NCBI GenBank assembly: GCA_963810095.1
Contig: CAWEMM010000010.1
Span: 160,001 to 224,000, forward strand
Direction: 5' to 3'
Length of the DNA stretch: 64,000 nucleotides
From: an uncultured Chloroflexia bacterium
Lineage (GTDB): Bacteria; Chloroflexota; Anaerolineae; CG2-30-64-16
Below the pieces are notes generated by a model. It had not been told where the DNA came from. It made no database searches and saw only the letters and a program-made list of their open reading frames with translations. A program made the translations under genes and the position numbers. Below are positions 34,542 through 42,435 of the stretch, piece by piece (positions within the stretch are counted from its first letter, which is position 1; the number at the start of each line of letters is the position of its first letter).

Positions 34542-35756
34542 CTAAAGTTCTGCGAAGACCGCAGTCAGTCGCTCGATCAGCGTGTCGATCTCCGGCAGGC
34601 TGATGATGAGCGGCGGCACCAGCCGCAGCGTGTTCGGCCCCGCATTGACCAGCAGCAGGCCGTGCCGGTAGCCCGCCTGGACCACGTCGTTGGCAGGAAT
34701 GGTCAGGTCGGCGCCGATCATCAGCCCCTTCCCGCGCACCTCGGTGATGCACGGCGAGTTGATCTCTTCCAGGCGTTCCATGAGATACGCGCCCTTCTGG
34801 GTCACGCCTGCCAGGAAGTCGGGTTGATTCACCGTGTCGAGTACGACATTGGCCACGGCTGCGACGAGCGGCGAAGCGGCGAACGTGCTGCCGTGATCGC
34901 CCGGGTGCATGACCTGGGCCACCCGCTCGGTCATTAGCACCGCGCCCATGGGCAGGCCGCCGGCGAGCGGCTTGGCGCTGGTCAGCAGGTCGGGCGTCAC
35001 CCCGTAGCCCTGGTGGGCCCACAGCGTCCCGGTCCGCCCCAGGCCGCACTGGACCTCGTCAAAGATCAAGAGGGCGTCGTGCCGGTCGCACAGGTCGCGC
35101 AGGCCCTGCAGGAACTCGGGCGAGGCCGGGTGTACCCCGCCCTCACCCTGCACCGGCTCCACGATCACTGCGCACACGTCGTCGCCGATGGCATCTGCCG
35201 CGCTCGGCAGGTCGTTGAACTCGGCAAAGCGCACGCCGGGCATCAGGGGCCGGAAGGCCGCCTGGTACTTCTCACGGGGGGTGGCGGCCAGCGCGCCGAA
35301 GGTGCGGCCGTGAAAGGCGTTACTGAACGCGACGATGGCGCTCTTGCCGGAGGACTGCTTGCCGGGACCGGAGGTGTCAGCTTGACCGGCACGGTCATAC
35401 GCCCACTTGCGCGCGAACTTGAACGCGCCCTCGTTGGCCTCGGCCCCCGAGTTGCAGAAAAAGACCCGGTCGGCGAAGCTGCTGCGGCACAGGGCGGCCG
35501 CTAATTGGGCCTGGGGTGCCGTGTGATACAGGTTGGAAACGTGCCAGAGCTTGCCGGCCTGCTCGGCGAGCGCGGCCACGACTGCAGGGTGTGCGTGCCC
35601 TAGCGCGTTTACGGCAATCCCCGCCACGCAGTCGAGGTAGCTGTTGCCTTCGGTGTCATACACCCAGCACCCCTCGCCCCGGTCCAGCACGAAAGGCGGC
35701 CGGGCGTAGGTCTGCAGGACGTGGGCCTGTTCGAGTTCTATCGTGTTATTTGTCAT
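34542..35756 (-). CDS. argD: Acetylornithine aminotransferase
   Basis: GIAVNALGH, NSGAEANE, FHGRT, FDEVQCGLGRTG, AKPLAGG motifs. Confidence 0.95.
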   Translation of the reverse strand: MTNNTIELEQAHVLQTYARPPFVLDRGEGCWVYDTEGNSYLDCVAGIAVNALGHAHPAVVAALAEQAGKLWHVSNLYHTAPQAQLAAALCRSSFADRVFFCNSGAEANEGAFKFARKWAYDRAGQADTSGPGKQSSGKSAIVAFSNAFHGRTFGALAATPREKYQAAFRPLMPGVRFAEFNDLPSAADAIGDDVCAVIVEPVQGEGGVHPASPEFLQGLRDLCDRHDALLIFDEVQCGLGRTGTLWAHQGYGVTPDLLTSAKPLAGGLPMGAVLMTERVAQVMHPGDHGSTFAASPLVAAVANVVLDTVNQPDFLAGVTQKGAYLMERLEEINSPCITEVRGKGLMIGADLTIPANDVVQAGYRHGLLLVNAGPNTLRLVPPLIISLPEIDTLIERLTAVFAEL

Positions 35757-35815
35757 CGTATGTTCCTTCTTCCAGGGCGATGCATCGCTCCCCTGCACGC
35801 CCTGCCGCAGACGCA

Positions 35816-36583
35816 CTATCCCTTGATCACCGCCGTTCCGCCATCGTTAGCCAGGCCGGCCAGGTCGGTAATGACGGCCTGGTACACGCCGCTCTGCACT
35901 GCTTCGGTGGCCGAGCGGACCTTGGGAATCATGCCGCCGGTAATGTGGCCGTCTGCGATGAGGCCGTCGATCTGCTTAACGGTCAGCGCGCGCATGGTCC
36001 GGCCGGTGACCTGTACGCCGGGCACGTTGCTGACGAAGACGAGCTTCACTGCCTCGACCGCCTTCGCGACCCCCGCCGCCACGTGGTCCGCATTGACGTT
36101 GTATCCCAGCCCGTCCTCGCCCAGCGAGACGGGCGAGATGACGGGGGTCAGGCCCAGGTCGAGCAGCTGCAGCAGCGCTTCGCCGTTGACCGCCTGCACC
36201 GCGCCCACCCGGCCCAGGTCGCGGCCGTCGACCGTCAGCGGGGCCACGCGCACGAGGCCCATGTCGACGCCGGATAACCCCAGCGCATCCACGCCCCCGT
36301 TGACGAGGTGGCGCACCAGCCGGGTGTTGACGACGCCGTTCAGCACCATCTCGACGAGCCGCAGGCTTTCGACCGACGTGGCGCGCAGCCCTTCGACGGT
36401 CTCGAAGCTCACGCCGAGCTGGCCGTGCAGGTCGGCGATTTCCTTGCCGCCGCCGTGAACCACGATCACGGCATAGTCGGCCAGGAGGGACTTCACGGCT
36501 GCGACAAAGCCCGTCAGGAACGCTTCATCTTCAACCTGGTTGCCGCCGATCTTGAGGACCAGCACATGTTTTTCGTTCGGCAT
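35816..36583 (-). CDS. argB: Acetylglutamate kinase
   Basis: LKIGG, VHGGG, YNVNAD, GGMIPK motifs. Confidence 0.95.
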   Translation of the reverse strand: MPNEKHVLVLKIGGNQVEDEAFLTGFVAAVKSLLADYAVIVVHGGGKEIADLHGQLGVSFETVEGLRATSVESLRLVEMVLNGVVNTRLVRHLVNGGVDALGLSGVDMGLVRVAPLTVDGRDLGRVGAVQAVNGEALLQLLDLGLTPVISPVSLGEDGLGYNVNADHVAAGVAKAVEAVKLVFVSNVPGVQVTGRTMRALTVKQIDGLIADGHITGGMIPKVRSATEAVQSGVYQAVITDLAGLANDGGTAVIKG

Positions 36584-36634
36584 GGTTCTTTCCTCGGGGA
36601 ACATCCACGCGCGCGCACTGCGCCGCCGTGCCCG

Positions 36635-37669
36635 CTACAGCAGCGCGAGCTTCTCGTCGCAGCCGAGCATGATGTTCATGTTCTGCACTGCCTGACCCGC
36701 CGCGCCCTTGATCAGGTTGTCGATGGCGGCCGTCACGATCAGCAGGTTCGTGCCCGGCACAAACGTCAGCCCGATGGCGCAGAAGTTGGTGTGCACCGCA
36801 TGGGCCAGCGTCGCCACCTGGCCCGGCTTCAGCAGGTGGACGAACGGCTCGAACTCGTACGCCTCGACGTATGCCTCGCGCACCTGCGCTTCCGTCACGC
36901 CGGCCGGCAGATTGACATAAATAGTAGAGAGGATGCCCCGGTTGACGGGCAGGAGGTGGGGCGAGAAGACGACCTGCAGAGGCGCGGCCCCGTTCGTGGG
37001 GCCCACCAGCAGGCCCAGCTCCTGCTCCATCTCGGCCAGGTGCCGGTGCGTGCGGCCGATGCTATACGGGCTCATGTTCTCGTTCGCTTCGACGAAATGC
37101 GTCTTGAGCGACGGCGACCGGCCCGCGCCCGAGATGCCCGACTTGCTGTCGGCGATGACGGTGCCGTGCAGCCAGCCCGCCTGAGCCAGCGGCGCGAGGC
37201 CGAGGATCACGCTCGTGGGATAGCAGCCGGGATTCGCCACCAGGTTTGCGGCGCCGATCTCGTCCCGGTGCAGCTCGGGGAGGCCGTAGACCGCCTCGGC
37301 CAGCGCTTCGGGCTCCATGTGCCCGTGGCCGTACCAGGCTTCGTAAGCCTGGGCGTCGTGGATCCGGTAGTCGGCGCTGAGGTCGACGACCCGTGCGCCC
37401 GCCCGCCGGGCCGCTGCGACAGGCCCCTGGGCGGCCACGTGGGGCAGGCAGCAGAAAACCACGTCGGCGCCCGCCAGGTCGGCATCTTCGGCACGCACCA
37501 GGATCTCTTCGCCAAGGAACGGCGGCACGGGGAACACGTCGCCGAAACGCTGGCCGGCCGAGTTCTCGGAGGTGAGCCAGGCGATCTCGGTCGCCGGATG
37601 GCGTGCGAGAATCTTCAGCAGTTCCAACCCGGTATAGCCCGTTGCACCGATGATGCCGATCTTGACCAT
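36635..37669 (-). CDS. argC: N-acetyl-gamma-glutamyl-phosphate reductase
   Basis: GATGYTG, DLSADYR, ANPGCYPT, SGISGAG, DNLIKGAAGQAVQN motifs. Confidence 0.97.
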   Translation of the reverse strand: MVKIGIIGATGYTGLELLKILARHPATEIAWLTSENSAGQRFGDVFPVPPFLGEEILVRAEDADLAGADVVFCCLPHVAAQGPVAAARRAGARVVDLSADYRIHDAQAYEAWYGHGHMEPEALAEAVYGLPELHRDEIGAANLVANPGCYPTSVILGLAPLAQAGWLHGTVIADSKSGISGAGRSPSLKTHFVEANENMSPYSIGRTHRHLAEMEQELGLLVGPTNGAAPLQVVFSPHLLPVNRGILSTIYVNLPAGVTEAQVREAYVEAYEFEPFVHLLKPGQVATLAHAVHTNFCAIGLTFVPGTNLLIVTAAIDNLIKGAAGQAVQNMNIMLGCDEKLALL

Positions 37670-37745
37670 ATCTAGCTCCACTGGTTCCAAATCCTGACTG
37701 GCCCGTTGCCTGGGCCCTGCCGGCGCGTGAACGGCCAGGCACAAC

Positions 37746-37795
37746 AAAAAACCAGCACGCGGGCCGGGTGCTCACCCGGGCCTGGGTGCTGGTTT
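37746..37795 (-). terminator. Intrinsic terminator (attenuator) in the arg leader
   Basis: Minus strand AAACCAGCAC...CCGGGT-GAGC-ACCCGG...GTGCTGG followed by TTTTTT, between the promoter and argC. Confidence 0.85.
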
Positions 37796-37845
37796 GCCTA
37801 GTTCTGTCGTAGACGTTCGGCTCGCGCGCTCCTGCGGACCGGGTG

Positions 37846-37899
37846 CTAACCCGCTCTGATAAGGATACGACGACGAGGGAAGCGAAGGCTGATAGCCAA
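37846..37899 (-). CDS. Putative Arg-rich leader peptide MAISLRFPRRRILIRAG
   Basis: RBS GGAG, 5-nt spacer, TTG start; 5 Arg codons including CGT-CGT-CGT and AGA; TAG about 50 nt before the terminator. Confidence 0.7.
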   Translation of the reverse strand: MAISLRFPRRRILIRAG

Positions 37900-37994
37900 T
37901 GTAACTCCGAACGCTTCAATATGATGCGGGCGATGGGTGACTCGCAAAGTCACACGCCATCCGCAGGATGGCGCACCCTCTTTTGACGGACGGG

Positions 37995-38024
37995 AGTTTA
38001 GCATAGGTCGCGAGCGGTTGTCAA
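37995..38024 (-). promoter_or_regulatory. Promoter of the arg operon
   Basis: Minus strand TTGACA-N18-TAAACT with extended TG. Confidence 0.7.
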
Positions 38025-38082
38025 ACTTGGAGGTTCTGCGTAACCATACCGGTCTGACCGCTATCCCTGGCACGGGCCAGGT

Positions 38083-38722
38083 GTTGCAGTGTTGCAGTGT
38101 TGACGGAGGGGGTAACCGGAGAATTAATTCCCAGGCTCGCAGGGTTCGGCAAGACGGTGCGCTCTACGGCCAGGGGTTGCAGGGTTGGCGTACAAACGGA
38201 GGGCGTCTCGCATTGTTAATTCTACTGGTTTAGCGATCATCAGGCTTTTCTGTTGGCTGGAATAAGAAGATCCAGGTCAGCTAGGGATTCAGGCGATCTT
38301 ACCCTTCTTCAGCCGGCAACCTCCCCAGGTGATCCGCCAGGTCGTGCACATTTAGTATATTCATCCCTGCGCCATCCAAGTCCTCGCACACCGCAGTCGC
38401 GATCCAGCCTGTTGCCGCCAACTCGTCCCAATCGAAGCCCATGACCCATTCCTGTAGTGTATCGGCGTTCCAGATGTCTACCACTGAGCCGTCCAGATCC
38501 TCTAGCATCTTCATGATCTTGACGCCGTTCATCCAAACCTCCTCCCAAAGCTGACAAGTCAACCCGCCTGGCTAGAAGGCGAATTCCGGCTGTTCCAGTA
38601 CCGTCGGCGGCGCTCAGCCCCTTCACGCCACGCACTCTCGCGTCTGGCCTGCGCTGCGAGCCCCGCGGACCCCGGAATTAATTCGTCGGTTACCCCCTCC
38701 GTCAACACTGCAACACTGCAAC
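38083..38722. mobile_element. Segment bounded by 49-bp inverted repeats (non-autonomous element, remnant or invertible segment)
   Basis: 38083-38131 and 38674-38722 match at 47/49 as inverted repeats; interior looks more AT-rich; no transposase. Confidence 0.55.
38299..38532 (-). CDS. Small acidic hypothetical protein (77 aa)
   Basis: Strong RBS GGAGGAGG before ATG; open frame inside the IR-bounded segment. Confidence 0.6.
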   Translation of the reverse strand: MNGVKIMKMLEDLDGSVVDIWNADTLQEWVMGFDWDELAATGWIATAVCEDLDGAGMNILNVHDLADHLGRLPAEEG

Positions 38723-38741
38723 CCTGCTCGTCGCCCTCCAC

Positions 38742-39320
38742 CTAGCGCTGATGCTCGCGGCGTAACAGCCCGTAGTGCAGGGTCCCGGTAATGCTCCCAT
38801 CCGGCCAGAGGTGGTTCTCGCGGATGTGGCCCTCCAGCGTGAACCCGCAGCGCTCGGCGACGCGGGCACTCCGCTCGTTCGTGTCGTCGCATTCGAGCCG
38901 CACGCGATGCGCGCCGAGTTGGCCGAACAGGAACGGCAGGACCCCTCGCACCGCCTCGCTCACGTACCCCTGCCCCTCGTGATCGACGTCGGCGATGAAA
39001 CCGACCTCGAACTCGGGCAGGTCGGGGTTGGCGACGCCAACATAGATTTGGGCCACGAATTCACCTGAGGCATGCAGGAACGCGCCGAGGAAGAAGGCCT
39101 TGCCCGCAACCCAAGAGGCGGCGAATTCGCTCATCACATGTGCGGCATCTTCTTCGGTCGCGATGGTTGTGATCGGGTTGCCGGCTTCGAACTTGCCGAG
39201 GTGGGCCTTGTTGCGGAGGCTCATCGCGCAGTACCAGGGTGCGTCGCCCGGCTCGTACGCCCGGAGCAAAAGACGCTCGGTCGTGATGCGTGTTGCGGGA
39301 TCGGGGATGGGGAAGGGCAC
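38742..39320 (-). CDS. GNAT acetyltransferase (RimJ/RimL-like)
   Basis: TERLLLR, GQGYVSEA, NERSARVAERCGFTLEG motifs. Confidence 0.9.
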   Translation of the reverse strand: MPFPIPDPATRITTERLLLRAYEPGDAPWYCAMSLRNKAHLGKFEAGNPITTIATEEDAAHVMSEFAASWVAGKAFFLGAFLHASGEFVAQIYVGVANPDLPEFEVGFIADVDHEGQGYVSEAVRGVLPFLFGQLGAHRVRLECDDTNERSARVAERCGFTLEGHIRENHLWPDGSITGTLHYGLLRREHQR

Positions 39321-39323
39321 GGC

Positions 39324-39965
39324 TTACGCCTCGCCCAGGGCTTCACGGTCCAGGCGCTCGAAGAAGGCCGCCATGAAGCGGCGGCGCTCTGCGGCGATCT
39401 GGCGGGCCATCGCCGTGTACAGCCGGTCGGGAATCACGTCGAGCTTGTAGACGAACTCGTGCGAAGGGGTGTACCCCTCGCCCAACTCCTTGGGGCCCCG
39501 GTGCGCGTCGCTGCCTTGCGCCTCAATCTCGGCAATGGTCTGCCGCCAGAGGGCCGTGTCGACTGCGCCCGCATAGGCGAATGCGCGCCCGACGCCGATC
39601 GCGCCGATGGAGTCGAGCTTGTCGGCGTCGGACAGCACCTTCGCTTCGAGGGTTTGGGGCTGGGGATCGTGGCGGAAGCGGTGCGCTTCGATGGCATGGC
39701 CGACGGCGGCGACGAACTCGGGCGGCTCGCCGGCCAGCAGCTCGCGTGCCCGCTGCGCGCCCAGCAGGTGGTGGGTCTCCCGGTCGACGCTTTCCGCCAC
39801 GTCATGCAGCAGCGCGGCAGTGCGGACGATCGCGAGGTCTGCGCCCTCCGCCCGCGCAATCCGCTCGGCCAGCGCGGTCACGCGCAGCACGTGGTCGAAA
39901 TCGTGCCCCCCGCCTCCGGCCTCATACAGCCGCCGGGCGTCCTCAATCGTGATGATTTCGCTCAT
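39324..39965 (-). CDS. HD-domain phosphohydrolase
   Basis: HDFDHVLRV, ALLHD, DADKLDSIGAIG motifs. Confidence 0.92.
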   Translation of the reverse strand: MSEIITIEDARRLYEAGGGGHDFDHVLRVTALAERIARAEGADLAIVRTAALLHDVAESVDRETHHLLGAQRARELLAGEPPEFVAAVGHAIEAHRFRHDPQPQTLEAKVLSDADKLDSIGAIGVGRAFAYAGAVDTALWRQTIAEIEAQGSDAHRGPKELGEGYTPSHEFVYKLDVIPDRLYTAMARQIAAERRRFMAAFFERLDREALGEA

Positions 39966-40050
39966 GGAATCAGGCTTTCACAGGAAGACACGAAGAGAAA
40001 CCAGGTTTCTTCTGAGTGCAACCAAGGAGAAAGTGCGCGATGTCCCGGCG

Positions 40051-40162
40051 TCCTTCGACTGCGGCCCCTGACGGGGCCTCCGCTCAGGATGCCTGCGTGC
40101 GCTTACAAGGCGCATCCTGAGCGGAGCGAGCGCCAGCGCAGCTGGCGGAGCGAAGTCGAAGG
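40051..40162. repeat. REP-like long hairpin, family D (CCTTCGAC...CGCTCAGGATG / CATCCTGAGCG...GTCGAAGG)
   Basis: Nested inverted repeats, flanked by family A and C copies at ~39979-40011 and 40199-40247. Confidence 0.7.
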
Positions 40163-40250
40163 AGCGCCGGCATCCAGCAGTTTCACTTTGTTTGTACTTA
40201 ACACAAAGACACAAAGAAAGACGTCGTGTCTTCGTGTCTTTGTGTTATCG

Positions 40251-41219
40251 TTATTGTCTTGCTTCAGCAGGCTGCTGGCGTTTGCCGACGAGCCACAGGA
40301 CCCCCCCGGGCAGGCTGCCCAGGAACATGATCGCCTGCATCAGGATCGAGACGGCGAGTGCATGGGCCACCGGAACGCCGGCGAGCCCATAGAAGAACGG
40401 GTAAGCGGTCTGATTCACGCCAATGCCGCCGATGGAGATCGGGACCATCCCGACGAGGGCGATCAGCGGGTTGAACAACGCGATCGCGGCCAGCGACATG
40501 CCGCCGCCCATGGACTGCGAGAGGATCCAGTTGACCAACGTCGTGCAGGCGATGCCGAGCAGGCCGATGCCGAACGCGAGGGCCAGAGCCCGGTACTGGA
40601 AGCGATACGCGCCAAAGGCATTCGACAGCCGGCCCCACAGTGGGGCCAGCGGACGGAGCAGGCGGAACTGAAAGATGCGGGTGATGATGTCGCGCAGCCG
40701 CCGGCTGATCAGGAGCGCAAAGCCGGCGATCAGCACGACGAGCGCCAGCGCCGCCACCCACTCCACCTGCTGCAGTTCTTCGTGCCCGGTCAGGTTCACG
40801 GCGATGAACGCAGCGAAGGCGGCCGTCGTCATGTAGGCCATCAGCCCGACGACCCGGTCGACGATGACGGAGACCGCGGCGTCCGCACCCCGGTCGGTGT
40901 AGCGCGCGAGGCTGAACCCCCGCACCACGTCGCCGCCCACGTTCGCCGGGAGGAAGTTGTTGAAGAAGAATCCGGCGAAGATGAAGCGGAGCACCGCGCC
41001 GAACGGCACGACGACGCCCTGCGCGCGCATCAACACCTGCCATTTCGCGCCGTTGATGACTATGGCGAGCATGTAGAAGGCGAGTGCAAGGACGAACGCC
41101 GCCGGGTTGGCGCGGGCGAGCTGCGCGGCGACCTTAGGGAAATCGACCCGGGAGAAGGCAAACGCGATCAGCCCGAGGCTGACGACGACCTTGAGGACTG
41201 TGGTGAGTTTATCGCGCAC
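40251..41219 (-). CDS. Lysylphosphatidylglycerol-synthase-TM / flippase-like protein (UPF0104)
   Basis: FFNNFLPANVGGDVVR, VIVDR, PISIGGIGV motifs. Confidence 0.88.
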   Translation of the reverse strand: MRDKLTTVLKVVVSLGLIAFAFSRVDFPKVAAQLARANPAAFVLALAFYMLAIVINGAKWQVLMRAQGVVVPFGAVLRFIFAGFFFNNFLPANVGGDVVRGFSLARYTDRGADAAVSVIVDRVVGLMAYMTTAAFAAFIAVNLTGHEELQQVEWVAALALVVLIAGFALLISRRLRDIITRIFQFRLLRPLAPLWGRLSNAFGAYRFQYRALALAFGIGLLGIACTTLVNWILSQSMGGGMSLAAIALFNPLIALVGMVPISIGGIGVNQTAYPFFYGLAGVPVAHALAVSILMQAIMFLGSLPGGVLWLVGKRQQPAEARQ

Positions 41220-42180
41220 GAGGTCCTGCTACGGCGGTCGGACGGAGGTCGTCCTTGGCGGCCTGTTCCGCACGCTCGGCCTCCACGTCGGTCTTTTGCG
41301 ACCACGCCATGTCCCAGACCACGTGGCGATCTTTCTTGATCGCAAAGTCGTACCACCCGAGCAAACGCGACCACATCTCCAGCACGGCCAGCAGCACCAG
41401 CGTCCATACGAGCCGGATCGCGCCCCAGATTTCCTTAAAGGCCACTTTCGCGACGCGGGTGTTCTGGATGCTGGACACGGCATAGCCGTACTTGGACTTG
41501 AGGTACAGGTGGCCGGCGTGGTTGCGGCGGCGCTGGCGCACGAAGTCCTTGATGCTGTCGGGGCCGGTGTTGTACACGATCGCGTCGGGCGCATAGCGCA
41601 CCTGCATCCCGCGCTTGACCACCAGCGCCTCGACGAACGCCTCGTCCATGGCAACGTCGGGCGGGATGCGATCGAAGACCTTGCGGAACGCGATCATCTC
41701 GCCGAGCCGCGGGATTTCGAGGCATAGCTGGTGCTCGAGGCGCAGGCGCAGGTGGGTGAACAGGCCGACCAGGTGGTCGGGCGTGTTGACCGGGGTCTTG
41801 TGTGCGCCCGTCATGCCCACGCACGGGTCGGCAAACATGCGGACCATGCGCTCGACCGTGTCCTCGTGGGGCAGGGTGTCGCCGCTCTCCAGCACGCAGA
41901 TGTCTTCTTTGGCGTTGGCGAGAAAGATATTGATCGCGGCGGTTTTGCCCTCGCGCTTCGGCTGGATGAACAGCTTGATGCAAGGGTTGCGGGCCACGTA
42001 AGCTTCGACGATGGGGACGGTGTTGTCGGTGCAGCCGCTGGCGACGACGATGATCTCGCTGATAACAACATGACGTAAGTGTTGGTCCAGCAAGGCATCG
42101 AGGAGGCGGCTGATGTTGGCCTCTTCATTATAGGCGGTCACGCCGACACTGCAGCGCAACTGAGGGATGTTATGATCCAA
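41209..42180 (-). CDS. Glycosyltransferase family 2 (TTG start after GGAGGA)
   Basis: VTAYNEE, SGCTD, REGK, RQRRR motifs; the upstream ATG at 42210 overlaps a TATAAT -10 box. Confidence 0.88.
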   Translation of the reverse strand: MDHNIPQLRCSVGVTAYNEEANISRLLDALLDQHLRHVVISEIIVVASGCTDNTVPIVEAYVARNPCIKLFIQPKREGKTAAINIFLANAKEDICVLESGDTLPHEDTVERMVRMFADPCVGMTGAHKTPVNTPDHLVGLFTHLRLRLEHQLCLEIPRLGEMIAFRKVFDRIPPDVAMDEAFVEALVVKRGMQVRYAPDAIVYNTGPDSIKDFVRQRRRNHAGHLYLKSKYGYAVSSIQNTRVAKVAFKEIWGAIRLVWTLVLLAVLEMWSRLLGWYDFAIKKDRHVVWDMAWSQKTDVEAERAEQAAKDDLRPTAVAGPRAR

Positions 42181-42247
42181 CAGTTCCTCCGGGGATGCTG
42201 ATGCCGGCATTATAACAGGAACTGATAACGCGCGCCAAAGAGCGAAT

Positions 42248-42435
42248 GGGACGCAGATTGAACTGATGGAACTGATCTACATGATTGTTCTTGTACAGAT
42301 CAGGTGAATCAGTCCGATCAGCCAAATCAGCGTCCCGATCGGAAGTGGGACACAGATTGAACTGATTGAATTGATCTACATGATTGTTCTTGTTCAGACC
42401 AGGTGAATCAGTCCGATCAGCCTAATCAGCGTCCC
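42248..42435. repeat. Two tandem 89-bp copies of the family B palindromic repeat
   Basis: 42248-42336 and 42347-42435 are nearly identical; each runs gggac..cagattgaactgat...aatcagcgtccc. Confidence 0.9.

Noticed and set aside
37670-37990. T-box or ARG box in the arg leader
   Set aside because: No T-box consensus and no convincing TGMAT-N4-ATKCA palindrome seen.
37846-38073. 75-aa ORF from the track as the full leader protein
   Set aside because: Its start lies upstream of the predicted promoter; only the RBS-preceded 17-codon 3' part fits the transcript.
42248-42435. Possible CRISPR array
   Set aside because: Only two 89-bp units with a 10-bp gap, no unique spacers and no cas genes; belongs to a dispersed repeat family.
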